DNA of 64,000 nucleotides from an uncultured Alphaproteobacteria bacterium (GTDB taxonomy: Bacteria > Pseudomonadota > Alphaproteobacteria > HIMB59 > GCA-002718135). A program made the translations under genes and the position numbers. Positions 27,652-37,209 of this stretch are shown one piece after another. How positions within the stretch are numbered: position 1 is the first letter of the stretch; every line of letters begins with the position of its first letter. The stretch covers positions 56,335-120,334 of the forward strand of contig CACIXR010000001.1 in assembly GCA_902590695.1 (NCBI GenBank), in the 5' to 3' direction. The notes beneath the pieces are model-generated. The model saw only the letters and a list, made by a program, of their open reading frames with translations, ran no database searches and was not told the DNA's origin.

Positions 27652-29193
27652 ATGAAAAGGCCAAATATTTTATTAATAACTTCTGATCAACAGCATCACG
27701 ATACTATTGGAAAATTTAATTCAAAAATACAAACACCGTATTTAGATAAGCTTTGTGATGAGGGAATGAATTTTACAAGAGCTTATTGTCCATCACCAGT
27801 TTGCACACCATCAAGAGCAAGTATTATTACTGGACAATATCCGTCTTCTCATGGAGCATGGACAATTGGAGTTAAATTAGATGAAGAAGTAGAAACTATT
27901 GGAGAACTTTTATACAAAAAAGGATATTCAACAGGGTTAATAGGTAAAGCACATTTCCAGCCATTAACTTCAGTCCCAGGTCAGGAATCTATAGAAGGAC
28001 AACCAACGTTAAGAGATTTAGAATTTTGGAAAAATTTTAAAGGACCTTGGTATGGCTTTGAACATATTGAGCTAGCACGTAATCATGCTGATGAAAGTCA
28101 TGTGGGTCAACATTATGCAATTTGGATGGAACAAAACGGTCTTAGTGATTGGAAAGAATATTTTCAACCAGTGCCTGGTGAAACTTCTAAATATGCTCCT
28201 CCAATTGCTCGTGAATATGATTACTGGGCAAGACCGGATAGAGTTTGGAAGTTAAACGAAAAACATCACTACACTAATTGGACAGCCGAAAGATCAATTG
28301 AATTTTTAGATCAACAAAAAGATGACAAGCCATTTTTTCTTTGGACAAGCTTTCAGGATCCACATCCACCATATGTATTAAGTGAACCATGGGCATCAAT
28401 GTATAATTCAGAAGACATGTCTCCTGGAACGTTAAAAGAAGGTGAACACGAATTAAATCCACCACATTTTGGAAAAACACAAACGACAAATCCTGATTTT
28501 GAAAATTGGCATTCACCATTTAACGCTCACGGTTGCATGAGTCATCTGTATCCTATGGAAGAATTAAAAAAAGACATGGCAATTTATTATGGCATGGTTA
28601 GTTTTATGGACAAGAATATTGGAAAAATAATTAATAAGTTAGATCAAATGGGTGAACTTGATAATACCATAATTATTTTTACTACTGATCATGGTCACTT
28701 TATAGGACAGCACGGTTTAATTGCTAAAGGACCATTCCACTATGAAGATATGCTACGTTTACCATTTATTGTTAGATGGCCTGATAAAGTTCCTCAAAAC
28801 TCATCATCTTCATCTTTATTGAGTTTAGTTGATCTAGCGCCAACATTTTTAAAAGTCGCGGGCATTGATATACCAACCCAAATGCAAGGAGTGGATCAAA
28901 CGGATGTATTTTATGGCAACAAGGAAAGTATCCGTTCACATATATTTGTTGAAAATAGACATAATCCAAGAATGCCACATTTAAAAACTTACATAAATGA
29001 TAATTATAAAATTTCTATTTATCGAGAGGCTAACTACGGTGAACTTTTTGATTTAGAAAATGATCCAAACGAATATAATAATTTATGGGATAATACGAAC
29101 GCACAAACATTAAAAAAAGATTTATTATTTAAGTTTGCGCAAGCCACATTAAAAGATGAAACATCAAAAATGAAAAGAGTTTCAGGTGCTTAA
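27652..29193 (+). CDS. sulfatase (S1/arylsulfatase family, Cys-type), no signal peptide
   Basis: N-terminal metal site 'ILLITSDQQ', formylglycine motif C51-T-P-S-R-ASIITG (Cys codon at 27802-27804), 'TTDHGH', and C-terminal 'LFDLENDPNEYNNL'. Confidence 0.9.
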   Translation: MKRPNILLITSDQQHHDTIGKFNSKIQTPYLDKLCDEGMNFTRAYCPSPVCTPSRASIITGQYPSSHGAWTIGVKLDEEVETIGELLYKKGYSTGLIGKAHFQPLTSVPGQESIEGQPTLRDLEFWKNFKGPWYGFEHIELARNHADESHVGQHYAIWMEQNGLSDWKEYFQPVPGETSKYAPPIAREYDYWARPDRVWKLNEKHHYTNWTAERSIEFLDQQKDDKPFFLWTSFQDPHPPYVLSEPWASMYNSEDMSPGTLKEGEHELNPPHFGKTQTTNPDFENWHSPFNAHGCMSHLYPMEELKKDMAIYYGMVSFMDKNIGKIINKLDQMGELDNTIIIFTTDHGHFIGQHGLIAKGPFHYEDMLRLPFIVRWPDKVPQNSSSSSLLSLVDLAPTFLKVAGIDIPTQMQGVDQTDVFYGNKESIRSHIFVENRHNPRMPHLKTYINDNYKISIYREANYGELFDLENDPNEYNNLWDNTNAQTLKKDLLFKFAQATLKDETSKMKRVSGA

Positions 29194-29209
29194 TTAAGAA
29201 AGAATAAAG

Positions 29210-30709
29210 ATGAGAATTTTATATGTAGACATAGACTCTTTAAGACCTGATCATTTAGGATGCTATGGTTATCATAGAAACACGTCTCCTACGATTGACT
29301 CTATAGCAAAAGAAGGGGTCAAGTTTACAAATTTTTATTCGACTGACACACCATGCCTACCTAGTAGAACTGCTTTGTTTGGAGGTAATTTTGGTTTCAA
29401 AACTGGAGTTGTTAATCATGGCGGTGAATTCTCTGATATTGCTCCTAGAAAAAATATTTGGAATAGAGAATTTAAAGGTGGTTTAAGAGGAGAATATGCT
29501 TTTACATCTCTTGGAAAAGTTCTTCGAGATGCAGGATATTATACAGCAAGTATTAGCCCCTTTCCTGAAAGACATACAGCTTATCAAGTTTGGTTTGGTT
29601 TTACCGAAACATATGACACTGGAAAAGGTGGTTTAGAAAATGCTGATGAAGTCTACCCTGTTATAAAAAAGTGGTTAGAAAATAATGGAGAAAAAGAAAA
29701 TTGGTTCTTACATGTAAATATGTGGGATCCTCATACTCCGTATGATACGCCTGAAGACTTTGGAAATCCTTTTAAAGATGATCCTATTGAAGAATGGGTG
29801 ACAGAAGAATTAATTAAAAAACAAAGGAATAGTTTCGGACCGCATAGTGCTAGAGAAGTTCCAGGATTTGATGAAGATCTTGGAGGAAAGTATACCATGG
29901 GAGTGGGTGAAATTAAAAATACTTCTGATGCAAAAGAACAAATTGATGCATATGATACTGGAATTAAATACGCAGATTTTTATTTAAATAAAGTTTTTGA
30001 AGATTTAAAAAAAATGAATCTTTGGGATGATACTGCAATAATTATTTCAGCAGACCACGGAGAAAATCAAGGCGAGTTAAATGTTTGGGGAGATCACCAA
30101 ACAGCTGATCATATAACTAATAGAGTTCCATTAATAATTAGATGGCCGGGGATAACAGATACAAATAAAGGAAGTACTGTAGAGAATAAATTTTATAATT
30201 TAGATTTAACTTCAACTATTTCTCAAATTACTTCATCTTCACAACCTGACAGATGGGACGGTATTAATTTCACTGAAAATTTAACTAATAGTAAATCATC
30301 AAATGGAAGAGATTATTTAGTTATTAGTCATGGTGCTTGGAGTTGTCAAAGATCTGTAAGATGGGATAATTGGTTACTGATAAGAACGTACGATACTGGT
30401 TTAAAAGATTTTCCAAAATATATGCTTTTTGATATTGAAAAGGATCCGCATGAGTTGAATAACCTAGCAGATCAGCATAAAGATCTCGTAGCGCATGGAA
30501 TGTTTTTAATTGATGAGTGGATTGAAGAAAATATGTATGAGGCTGATAGAGGAGATCCACTTCAAGGTGTAATTAGAGAAGGCGGTCCTCATCATGCAAA
30601 TATTTATTCAAAAGTCTGGAATACATATGTTGAGCGTCTTGAAAAAACAGATAGAAAAAAACACGCTGACAATCTTAGGAAATATAAAGGAAAACCTTTT
30701 AGTAAATAA
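29210..30709 (+). CDS. sulfatase (S1 family, Cys-type), no signal peptide
   Basis: 'YVDIDSLRPDHLG', C-L-P-S-R-TALFGG motif, 'SADHGE', and C-terminal 'LFDIEKDPHELNNL'. Confidence 0.85.
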   Translation: MRILYVDIDSLRPDHLGCYGYHRNTSPTIDSIAKEGVKFTNFYSTDTPCLPSRTALFGGNFGFKTGVVNHGGEFSDIAPRKNIWNREFKGGLRGEYAFTSLGKVLRDAGYYTASISPFPERHTAYQVWFGFTETYDTGKGGLENADEVYPVIKKWLENNGEKENWFLHVNMWDPHTPYDTPEDFGNPFKDDPIEEWVTEELIKKQRNSFGPHSAREVPGFDEDLGGKYTMGVGEIKNTSDAKEQIDAYDTGIKYADFYLNKVFEDLKKMNLWDDTAIIISADHGENQGELNVWGDHQTADHITNRVPLIIRWPGITDTNKGSTVENKFYNLDLTSTISQITSSSQPDRWDGINFTENLTNSKSSNGRDYLVISHGAWSCQRSVRWDNWLLIRTYDTGLKDFPKYMLFDIEKDPHELNNLADQHKDLVAHGMFLIDEWIEENMYEADRGDPLQGVIREGGPHHANIYSKVWNTYVERLEKTDRKKHADNLRKYKGKPFSK

Positions 30710-30721
30710 ATCTAAATCATA

Positions 30722-32089
30722 ATGAATATTAAATCTAAACCAAATATTATTGTATTTTTTACTGATCAACAACGTTGGGATACTTCTGGTTTACATGGCA
30801 ATCCATTATCCTTGATGGAGAACTTCGATCATTATGCAGTCGAAGGTACACATCTTTATAATTCATTTACATGCCAACCAGTTTGCGGGCCTGCAAGAGC
30901 ATCATTACAATCAGGAATGTATGCAACAAAAACTGGATGTTTTAAAAATAGAATACCTTTAAAAAAAAATATTAAAACTCTTGCAAAATATTTATCTAAA
31001 GAAGGATATGCTACTGGTTATATTGGAAAGTGGCACCTCGGCTCATCTGAACCTGTTAAAAAAGAGGATAGAGGTGGGTATGATTATTGGTTAGGATCAA
31101 ATCTATTAGAATTTACTTCTGATGCTTATGAAACATATGTTTATGATGGACAAAATAAAAAAGTATTTCTTCCAGGATATAGAGTTGATGCAATAACTGA
31201 TGCAGCTATAAATTTTATAAAACTAAATCAAAAAAAACCATTTTTTCTTTTCGTTTCTCTTATTGAGCCACATCATCAAAATAATACAGATGATTATCCA
31301 CCACCTATTGGATACAGAGAAAAATATACAGGCAAGTGGTCACCACCAGATCTTTCTTCTCTAGTTGGATCTTCTCCTCGGCATTTAGGTGGTTACTATG
31401 GAATGGTGAAGAGAATAGATGAAGCTTATGGCAGAATGATTGATGTCATCAAAAGTTTAAAATTATTTGATGATAGTGCCATTATTTTTACATCTGATCA
31501 TGGAAATAATTTTAAAACACGAAATAGAGAATATAAACGTTCATGTCATGAAAGTTCAATACGAGTTCCTACATCTTTGATTGGAAATGTTTTTCAGCAA
31601 GGTGGACGTATAAAAGAATTAACTAACATTCTAGATATTCATGCAACAATATTGGACTTAGCAAAAGTTAAAAACACTTCTCATTGTGATGGTAGATCAG
31701 TATTGCCTTTAGTGAATAAAACTTCCAAAAAATGGGAAAACGAAATTTTTATTCAAATTAGCGAAAGTCAATTAGCTAGAAGTTTAAGAACTGAAAAATG
31801 GAAATATTGTATTGCTGACCAAGATTCTAATGGAAGTGAAAAACCTTCATCAAATCAATACACAGAAACAAATCTATACGATCTTGATGCTGATCCCTAC
31901 GAATTAAATAACTTAATTGGTATTAGTACCTATGATGAAATAGTAAACTCCCTAAGAAAAAAGATTAAAAGTAAAATTAAAAAAATTGAAAATATTACAA
32001 CTAAAATTACAAAAGCTAAAAATGTAAATAATCCTGGTCAAATGGGATTAAATCCTGATTCTTTTCACAGATTAAAGAAAAAACTTTAA
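30722..32089 (+). CDS. sulfatase (S1 family, Cys-type), no signal peptide
   Basis: 'IIVFFTDQQRWD', C-G-P-A-R-ASLQSG motif, 'TSDHGN', and C-terminal 'LYDLDADPYELNNL'. Confidence 0.9.
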   Translation: MNIKSKPNIIVFFTDQQRWDTSGLHGNPLSLMENFDHYAVEGTHLYNSFTCQPVCGPARASLQSGMYATKTGCFKNRIPLKKNIKTLAKYLSKEGYATGYIGKWHLGSSEPVKKEDRGGYDYWLGSNLLEFTSDAYETYVYDGQNKKVFLPGYRVDAITDAAINFIKLNQKKPFFLFVSLIEPHHQNNTDDYPPPIGYREKYTGKWSPPDLSSLVGSSPRHLGGYYGMVKRIDEAYGRMIDVIKSLKLFDDSAIIFTSDHGNNFKTRNREYKRSCHESSIRVPTSLIGNVFQQGGRIKELTNILDIHATILDLAKVKNTSHCDGRSVLPLVNKTSKKWENEIFIQISESQLARSLRTEKWKYCIADQDSNGSEKPSSNQYTETNLYDLDADPYELNNLIGISTYDEIVNSLRKKIKSKIKKIENITTKITKAKNVNNPGQMGLNPDSFHRLKKKL

Positions 32090-32120
32090 TAATTTTTTTT
32101 TTCGTATTAATCTAATTTTT

Positions 32121-33623
32121 ATGAAAACAGTTTTTCTTTTATTTGATTCATTAAATAAAAGAATGTTAAATTCTTACGGTGGTAAATATATTGAAACACC
32201 AAATTTTAACCGATTAGCAGAAAGATCAATTCAGTTTAATAATCATTATATTGGTAGTATGCCCTGTATGCCGGCAAGACGCGATATGCACTCGGGACGC
32301 TTAAGCTTTCTGCACCGTGCATGGGGTCCTTTAGAACCATTTGATAATTCATTTCCAGAAATTTTAAGACTTAATAACACCTATACTCATCTTGTGACTG
32401 ATCATTATCATTACTTTGAAGATGGTGGCGCAACGTATCATAATAGATTTAATTCTTGGGATTTTATTAGAGGACAAGAGAGTGACCCATGGAAAGCTAT
32501 GGTTCAACCGCCTCTTGAAAAACTGAGAGAAAAATATCATCAATCTCAATTAAATTTAACTAATAGGGAAACTGGTTATTATCACTACGCAATCAATAGT
32601 GAGTTTATTAAAGAAGAAAAAGATTTTCCTTCCGTCAAATGCTTTCAATCTGGATTAGATTTTATTAATATCAATAAAGATGCAGATAACTGGTTCCTTC
32701 AATTGGAAACTTTTGATCCACATGAACCTTTCTTTGCACCTGAGCGCTTTAGAGAAAAATTAAAAACTAATTACAAAGGTCCAAGATTAGATTGGCCTCA
32801 ATATGACAGAGTTAAAGAAACAGATGATGAAGTTGCGGAATTAAAAGCCAACTACATTGCTTTAATTGGTTTATGTGATTACTTGTTAGGTACTGTCTTG
32901 GATTATTTTGATGAAAATAATTTATGGGATGACACTGCATTGGTTTTAACTACAGATCATGGCTTCATGCTCGGAGAACATGATTGGTGGGCTAAAAATA
33001 GAATGCCTTTATATAATGAAATTGCAAATATTCCGTTCTATTTCTATCATCCTGAATTTAAAGATAATTCTGGTCAACAAAGAAATGTTGTAACGCAAAA
33101 TATTGATCTGATGCCTACGTTTATGACAATGCACGGCCATGATGTTCCTAAAGAAGTAAAAGGTAAGTCCATTTTAAATTTTTTAGATAAAGATAATGAA
33201 AATGATTATTTTGCTTTGTATGGATATTGGGGCGGTGGAATTAATATCTCTGATGGAAAATATTCGTATTTTCACTATCCTGAAAATTTTGATCAGTATG
33301 ATAGAAGTAGATTTCAATATACTTTAATGCCTACAAATATGAGACAATTTTTTTCACAAGAAGAGTTACAAACAGCAACTATGCATGAGCCTTTTGATTT
33401 TACTAAGAATATACCAGTTATGAAAGTAAACAGAATACTTCGAAAGACTGATCCACATAGATCTTTAGAAGATACTAAAAGTGCGCTCTATGATTTAAAA
33501 AAAGATCCTGGTCAATTAAGCCCAGTAAATGATATTGCTTTAATGACTAAATATAAAAATATCATGTTGGAAGAAATTAAAAATTACGATCCTCCAGAAG
33601 AATTATTAAAAAATTATTTCTAA
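32121..33623 (+). CDS. sulfatase (S1 family, Cys-type), no signal peptide
   Basis: 'LLFDSLNKR', C-M-P-A-R-RDMHSG motif, 'TTDHGF', and C-terminal 'LYDLKKDPGQL'. Confidence 0.85.
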   Translation: MKTVFLLFDSLNKRMLNSYGGKYIETPNFNRLAERSIQFNNHYIGSMPCMPARRDMHSGRLSFLHRAWGPLEPFDNSFPEILRLNNTYTHLVTDHYHYFEDGGATYHNRFNSWDFIRGQESDPWKAMVQPPLEKLREKYHQSQLNLTNRETGYYHYAINSEFIKEEKDFPSVKCFQSGLDFININKDADNWFLQLETFDPHEPFFAPERFREKLKTNYKGPRLDWPQYDRVKETDDEVAELKANYIALIGLCDYLLGTVLDYFDENNLWDDTALVLTTDHGFMLGEHDWWAKNRMPLYNEIANIPFYFYHPEFKDNSGQQRNVVTQNIDLMPTFMTMHGHDVPKEVKGKSILNFLDKDNENDYFALYGYWGGGINISDGKYSYFHYPENFDQYDRSRFQYTLMPTNMRQFFSQEELQTATMHEPFDFTKNIPVMKVNRILRKTDPHRSLEDTKSALYDLKKDPGQLSPVNDIALMTKYKNIMLEEIKNYDPPEELLKNYF

Positions 33624-33683
33624 AAAAAATAAGAGAAATCTAAAGAAATTATCTTGGCTTACAAGAATTGAAAACGAATTATA

Positions 33684-35189
33684 TTAATTAAAATTTCTTT
33701 CATCACCTTTAAATGGAACAACATCACAAGTTTCTTGGTACCATGAAAGCATTTTTTCTTTTAAGTGTTTGAGCTCTGATGCATATTGTGGATCGTCAAT
33801 AACATTATTAATTTCTCCAGGATCTTCAATTAAATTATATAGTTCATCTTTTTCGTAAGCTCTTTTTATATATTTAAATTTTTTATTTCTGCACATTGTT
33901 GCTTTGGTGTGCATTAAAATTTCATCCTCTTTACCTTGTAAGTTTACTCTTGGAAAATATAAGCCATGGGGTAAATTTAAACTTTGACTTTCACTTGCTT
34001 GTCTCTCTAATCTAAGTCTGCCACCTTCAGTAAATACTTCTTCTCTATGATTATCAGTTTTCTGTTCAATAAAATTTTTTATACTTTTGCCAAAATGCCA
34101 ATATGAAGGATCGATATTACTGTAATCATATATGGTTCCAGCGATATCAATTAACTCAACCATTGTATCACTTACACCATTTAATGTATTTTTACTTTTT
34201 GGCGGCTTAATAATAAGAGGAACATTCGTAAGACAATCTTGAAAAGTATTTTGTGTTTTTTCAACTAAATTATAATCACCTGTAAAGTCACCATGATCAG
34301 ATAAAAAAATTATTAAAGTATCATCATATAAATTATTATCTTTAAGTTGATTGACTAGAAGTCCAAATTGATAATCTACCCTTGCACACATACCAAGATA
34401 TACCGCTCGTAATTCATTCCAGCGTTCATCATTCCAATCTTGCATTCTTTGTCCATCCATTATTCCTTTTAAAAGACTTGGCTTATCCTCCCATGTTTTG
34501 TATTGATATCTATTAGGAATTACACTCCGATCAATTGAAGAGAACCATGGATCCTCAACACAGTAAGGGGGATGTGGATAGCCAAGTGGTAGAAATAAAC
34601 AGAATGGTTTTTCTTTTTTATAATCTTTTATAAAATCTAATGCTCCATAAACCATGGACCAATCATCATCGAAATAAATATCTTTATCTTTTTTATCTAA
34701 TTTTCCTTTAAAGAAACTATAATAATTATCTCCATCTTCAGGTCCTCGCCATAATAGATCTCCACCATGTGTACCTGGTTGTTGAGAGTAACCCCATTTT
34801 TGATAATCACTATCCGTTGGTTCAAAGTAAATATCACAATGATTACGATATCCTTCTTGACCTGCTATCAAATCATTTTTTCCACCCCACCAAATAAAGT
34901 AATCTTTATCTTTTAGTTCTGATAAAATACTAGAGTCACCTTGATCTGTATGTAACATATAATGCATTGTTCTATGACCATGAACATGTGGATACCAACC
35001 AGTCATAAATGAACACCGACTTGGAGTACAAACAGTAGCTTGGCAAAAAGCATTCTTAAAAGCTACTGCATCATCTTTAATTATACTATCTAAATTAGGG
35101 GTTTGTGCGCCTGAGTAACCAAGATATCCGAGCATATCACCCCTCCATTGATCCGGATTAAATATTAATATGTTTGGTTTATTCTTCAT
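33684..35189 (-). CDS. sulfatase (S1 family, Cys-type), no signal peptide
   Basis: 'ILIFNPDQWRGD', C-T-P-S-R-CSFMTG motif, 'LSDHGD', and C-terminal 'LYNLIEDPGEINNV'. Convergent with the other four. Confidence 0.9.
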   Translation of the reverse strand: MKNKPNILIFNPDQWRGDMLGYLGYSGAQTPNLDSIIKDDAVAFKNAFCQATVCTPSRCSFMTGWYPHVHGHRTMHYMLHTDQGDSSILSELKDKDYFIWWGGKNDLIAGQEGYRNHCDIYFEPTDSDYQKWGYSQQPGTHGGDLLWRGPEDGDNYYSFFKGKLDKKDKDIYFDDDWSMVYGALDFIKDYKKEKPFCLFLPLGYPHPPYCVEDPWFSSIDRSVIPNRYQYKTWEDKPSLLKGIMDGQRMQDWNDERWNELRAVYLGMCARVDYQFGLLVNQLKDNNLYDDTLIIFLSDHGDFTGDYNLVEKTQNTFQDCLTNVPLIIKPPKSKNTLNGVSDTMVELIDIAGTIYDYSNIDPSYWHFGKSIKNFIEQKTDNHREEVFTEGGRLRLERQASESQSLNLPHGLYFPRVNLQGKEDEILMHTKATMCRNKKFKYIKRAYEKDELYNLIEDPGEINNVIDDPQYASELKHLKEKMLSWYQETCDVVPFKGDERNFN

Positions 35190-35316
35190 AAAAATTTTGT
35201 CTTATCATACAGAATAAATACTTCGATTTAAGCTAAAAATTTGCCTTTTTTATTTTAAGATATATTGTTGTAAATTTAAACAGTAGTGCATTTGAAGAAT
35301 AATTTGAAGGTAATCT

Positions 35317-36462
35317 ATGAAAGTTGGAATTATTGGTTGTGGAAATATTGCTGATATTTATTTTTGTAATTCACAGAAGTACTTTAATAATTTTCAAATT
35401 GTTGCATGTGCCGATATTAAAAATGAAGCTGCAAAAAACTACGCAGAAAAATATGGAGTGGAACAATTATCTGTAGATCAGTTATTATCTAATAAAGAAA
35501 TTGAATTAATTATAAACTTAACAATACCAAATGTTCATTTTGAAGTTTCAAAATCAATTCTTGAATCAGGAAAACATTCTTATTCAGAAAAGCCACTATC
35601 AATAAAGTTTGAACATGGTGAAGAGTTAGTTAAATTAGGAAATTCAAAAGGTTTACATGTTGGTTGTGCACCAGATACATTTCTTGGTGCTGGTATACAG
35701 GAAGCAAAAAAAATTATAGATCAAAATGAGATAGGTAAAATAAATCTTGGAAGTATTTCAATGGGAGTGGCAGGACATGAAATTTGGCATCCTAATCCAG
35801 ATTTTTATTATAAACATGGTGGTGGTCCAATTCTTGATATGGGGCCATATTATTTCACAGCTTTAGTAAACTTACTTGGTCCAGCAAAAAATGTTTTTAC
35901 TCAATCAAGAACAGTTTATCAAAAAAGAGTTATTAATAGTGGTGGTAGACAAGGACAAGAAATAGAAGTTGAAATCCCAACAACATTAGTTTCACAAATA
36001 GAATTTCAGAATGGGGCATTAATTGATTCATTTTTTTCTTTTGATATTTGGAAACACAGTAAAAATCACATTGAGTTATATGGTGATAAAGGTTCGATAA
36101 ATGTTCCTGATCCAAATATGTTTGGTGGTGATATTTTAGTTTGTAGATCAAAAAATGGAGCTTGGGAAAATATAGATACCAAGAATAACCATTTAGGTAA
36201 AATAAATATTAAAAATAAATCTGAAAAAGCTAATGAGTCAGCAGGTATTGCTAACTATAGAGGTATAGGTGTGAGTGAAACAGTTGATGCAATAAAAAAC
36301 AATCGTTTAAATAGATGTAGTGGAGAATTAAGTCTTCACGTTTTAGATATACTAGATAGTATTATTAAATCATCAAAAGAAAAGAAAAAAATAGAACTCA
36401 GAAGTTCTATTAAAAATTTTAATTACTTCTCTGAAGATGAGATTAGTATTTTATTAAAGTGA
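35317..36462 (+). CDS. Gfo/Idh/MocA-family oxidoreductase (ThuB-like partner of the downstream ThuA-like protein)
   Basis: IGCGNIA Rossmann motif and EKP motif (SEKPL). End-to-end paralog of 17835-18986. One nt separates it from the ThuA-like gene. Confidence 0.85.
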   Translation: MKVGIIGCGNIADIYFCNSQKYFNNFQIVACADIKNEAAKNYAEKYGVEQLSVDQLLSNKEIELIINLTIPNVHFEVSKSILESGKHSYSEKPLSIKFEHGEELVKLGNSKGLHVGCAPDTFLGAGIQEAKKIIDQNEIGKINLGSISMGVAGHEIWHPNPDFYYKHGGGPILDMGPYYFTALVNLLGPAKNVFTQSRTVYQKRVINSGGRQGQEIEVEIPTTLVSQIEFQNGALIDSFFSFDIWKHSKNHIELYGDKGSINVPDPNMFGGDILVCRSKNGAWENIDTKNNHLGKINIKNKSEKANESAGIANYRGIGVSETVDAIKNNRLNRCSGELSLHVLDILDSIIKSSKEKKKIELRSSIKNFNYFSEDEISILLK

Positions 36463-36463
36463 A

Positions 36464-37186
36464 ATGAATAAAATGAAAAAAGCTCTAATTGTTTATGGAG
36501 GTTGGCCAGGACATGAGCCTGAAAAATGTACTGAAATAATTAAAGGCATGCTGGAGCCTGAAGGATATGAGGTAAGAGCAGAATATCAAACTTCTGCATT
36601 TTCAGAAGACTATGTTCACGAAATGGATTTGTTAATACCTATAGTTACCATGGCTTTTCATTTTGATCCTCGAGGAGAAATAAAAAAAACTGCTGTTAAT
36701 AATGTTATCAAAGCTGTTCATAATGGTTGTGGCCTTGCTGGTCACCACGGCGGAATGTGTGATGCATTTAGGCAGTCAATTGATTGGCAGTTTTTAACAG
36801 GAGGTCAATGGGTAAGTCACCCAAATGGTATTCATGATTATAAAGTAAATATAACAAAAAAAGATGATCCAATCATGGAAGGTATTGAAGATTTTGATTA
36901 TCATTCAGAGCAATATTATATGCATGTTGATCCATTAAATGAAGTTTTGGCAACCACAACTTTTAAAGGTAATGAAGTTTGGAAGCTTGAACAAGAACCT
37001 GATTCATCAAGTGGTGACGCTTATAAAACAGAATGGTTAAAGGGTGTACAAATGCCAGTTGCTTGGAAAAGACGAATTGGGAAAGGTAAAATTTTTTATA
37101 TCTCTCTTGGTCATTTTGCACATGAATTAAACCATCCACAAATGAATAAAATTTATAAACGTGGTTTACTTTGGGCATCAAGATAG
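36464..37186 (+). CDS. ThuA-like domain protein (class I glutamine-amidotransferase-like fold)
   Basis: 'KKALIVYGGWPGHEP', 'GLAGHHGGMCDAFR', 'SEQYYMHVDP.NEVLATTTF', 'VAWKRR.GKGKIFY.SLGH', 'KRGLLWA' match the ThuA family as I recall it. Confidence 0.75.
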   Translation: MNKMKKALIVYGGWPGHEPEKCTEIIKGMLEPEGYEVRAEYQTSAFSEDYVHEMDLLIPIVTMAFHFDPRGEIKKTAVNNVIKAVHNGCGLAGHHGGMCDAFRQSIDWQFLTGGQWVSHPNGIHDYKVNITKKDDPIMEGIEDFDYHSEQYYMHVDPLNEVLATTTFKGNEVWKLEQEPDSSSGDAYKTEWLKGVQMPVAWKRRIGKGKIFYISLGHFAHELNHPQMNKIYKRGLLWASR

Positions 37187-37209
37187 AGTAATATAATATA
37201 GGAAATCAT

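Noticed and set aside
33624-33683. Bidirectional terminator between the convergent sulfatase genes
   Set aside because: Only a weak 5-bp stem (TCTTG/CAAGA) with no proper T-run, which is indistinguishable from chance in AT-rich DNA.
24309-35189. Sulfatase/importer block as a recent horizontal transfer
   Set aside because: By eye its base composition, codon style and overlap-type gene junctions match the flanks, and there are no mobility genes or border repeats. This cannot be decided without k-mer statistics and comparative genomics.
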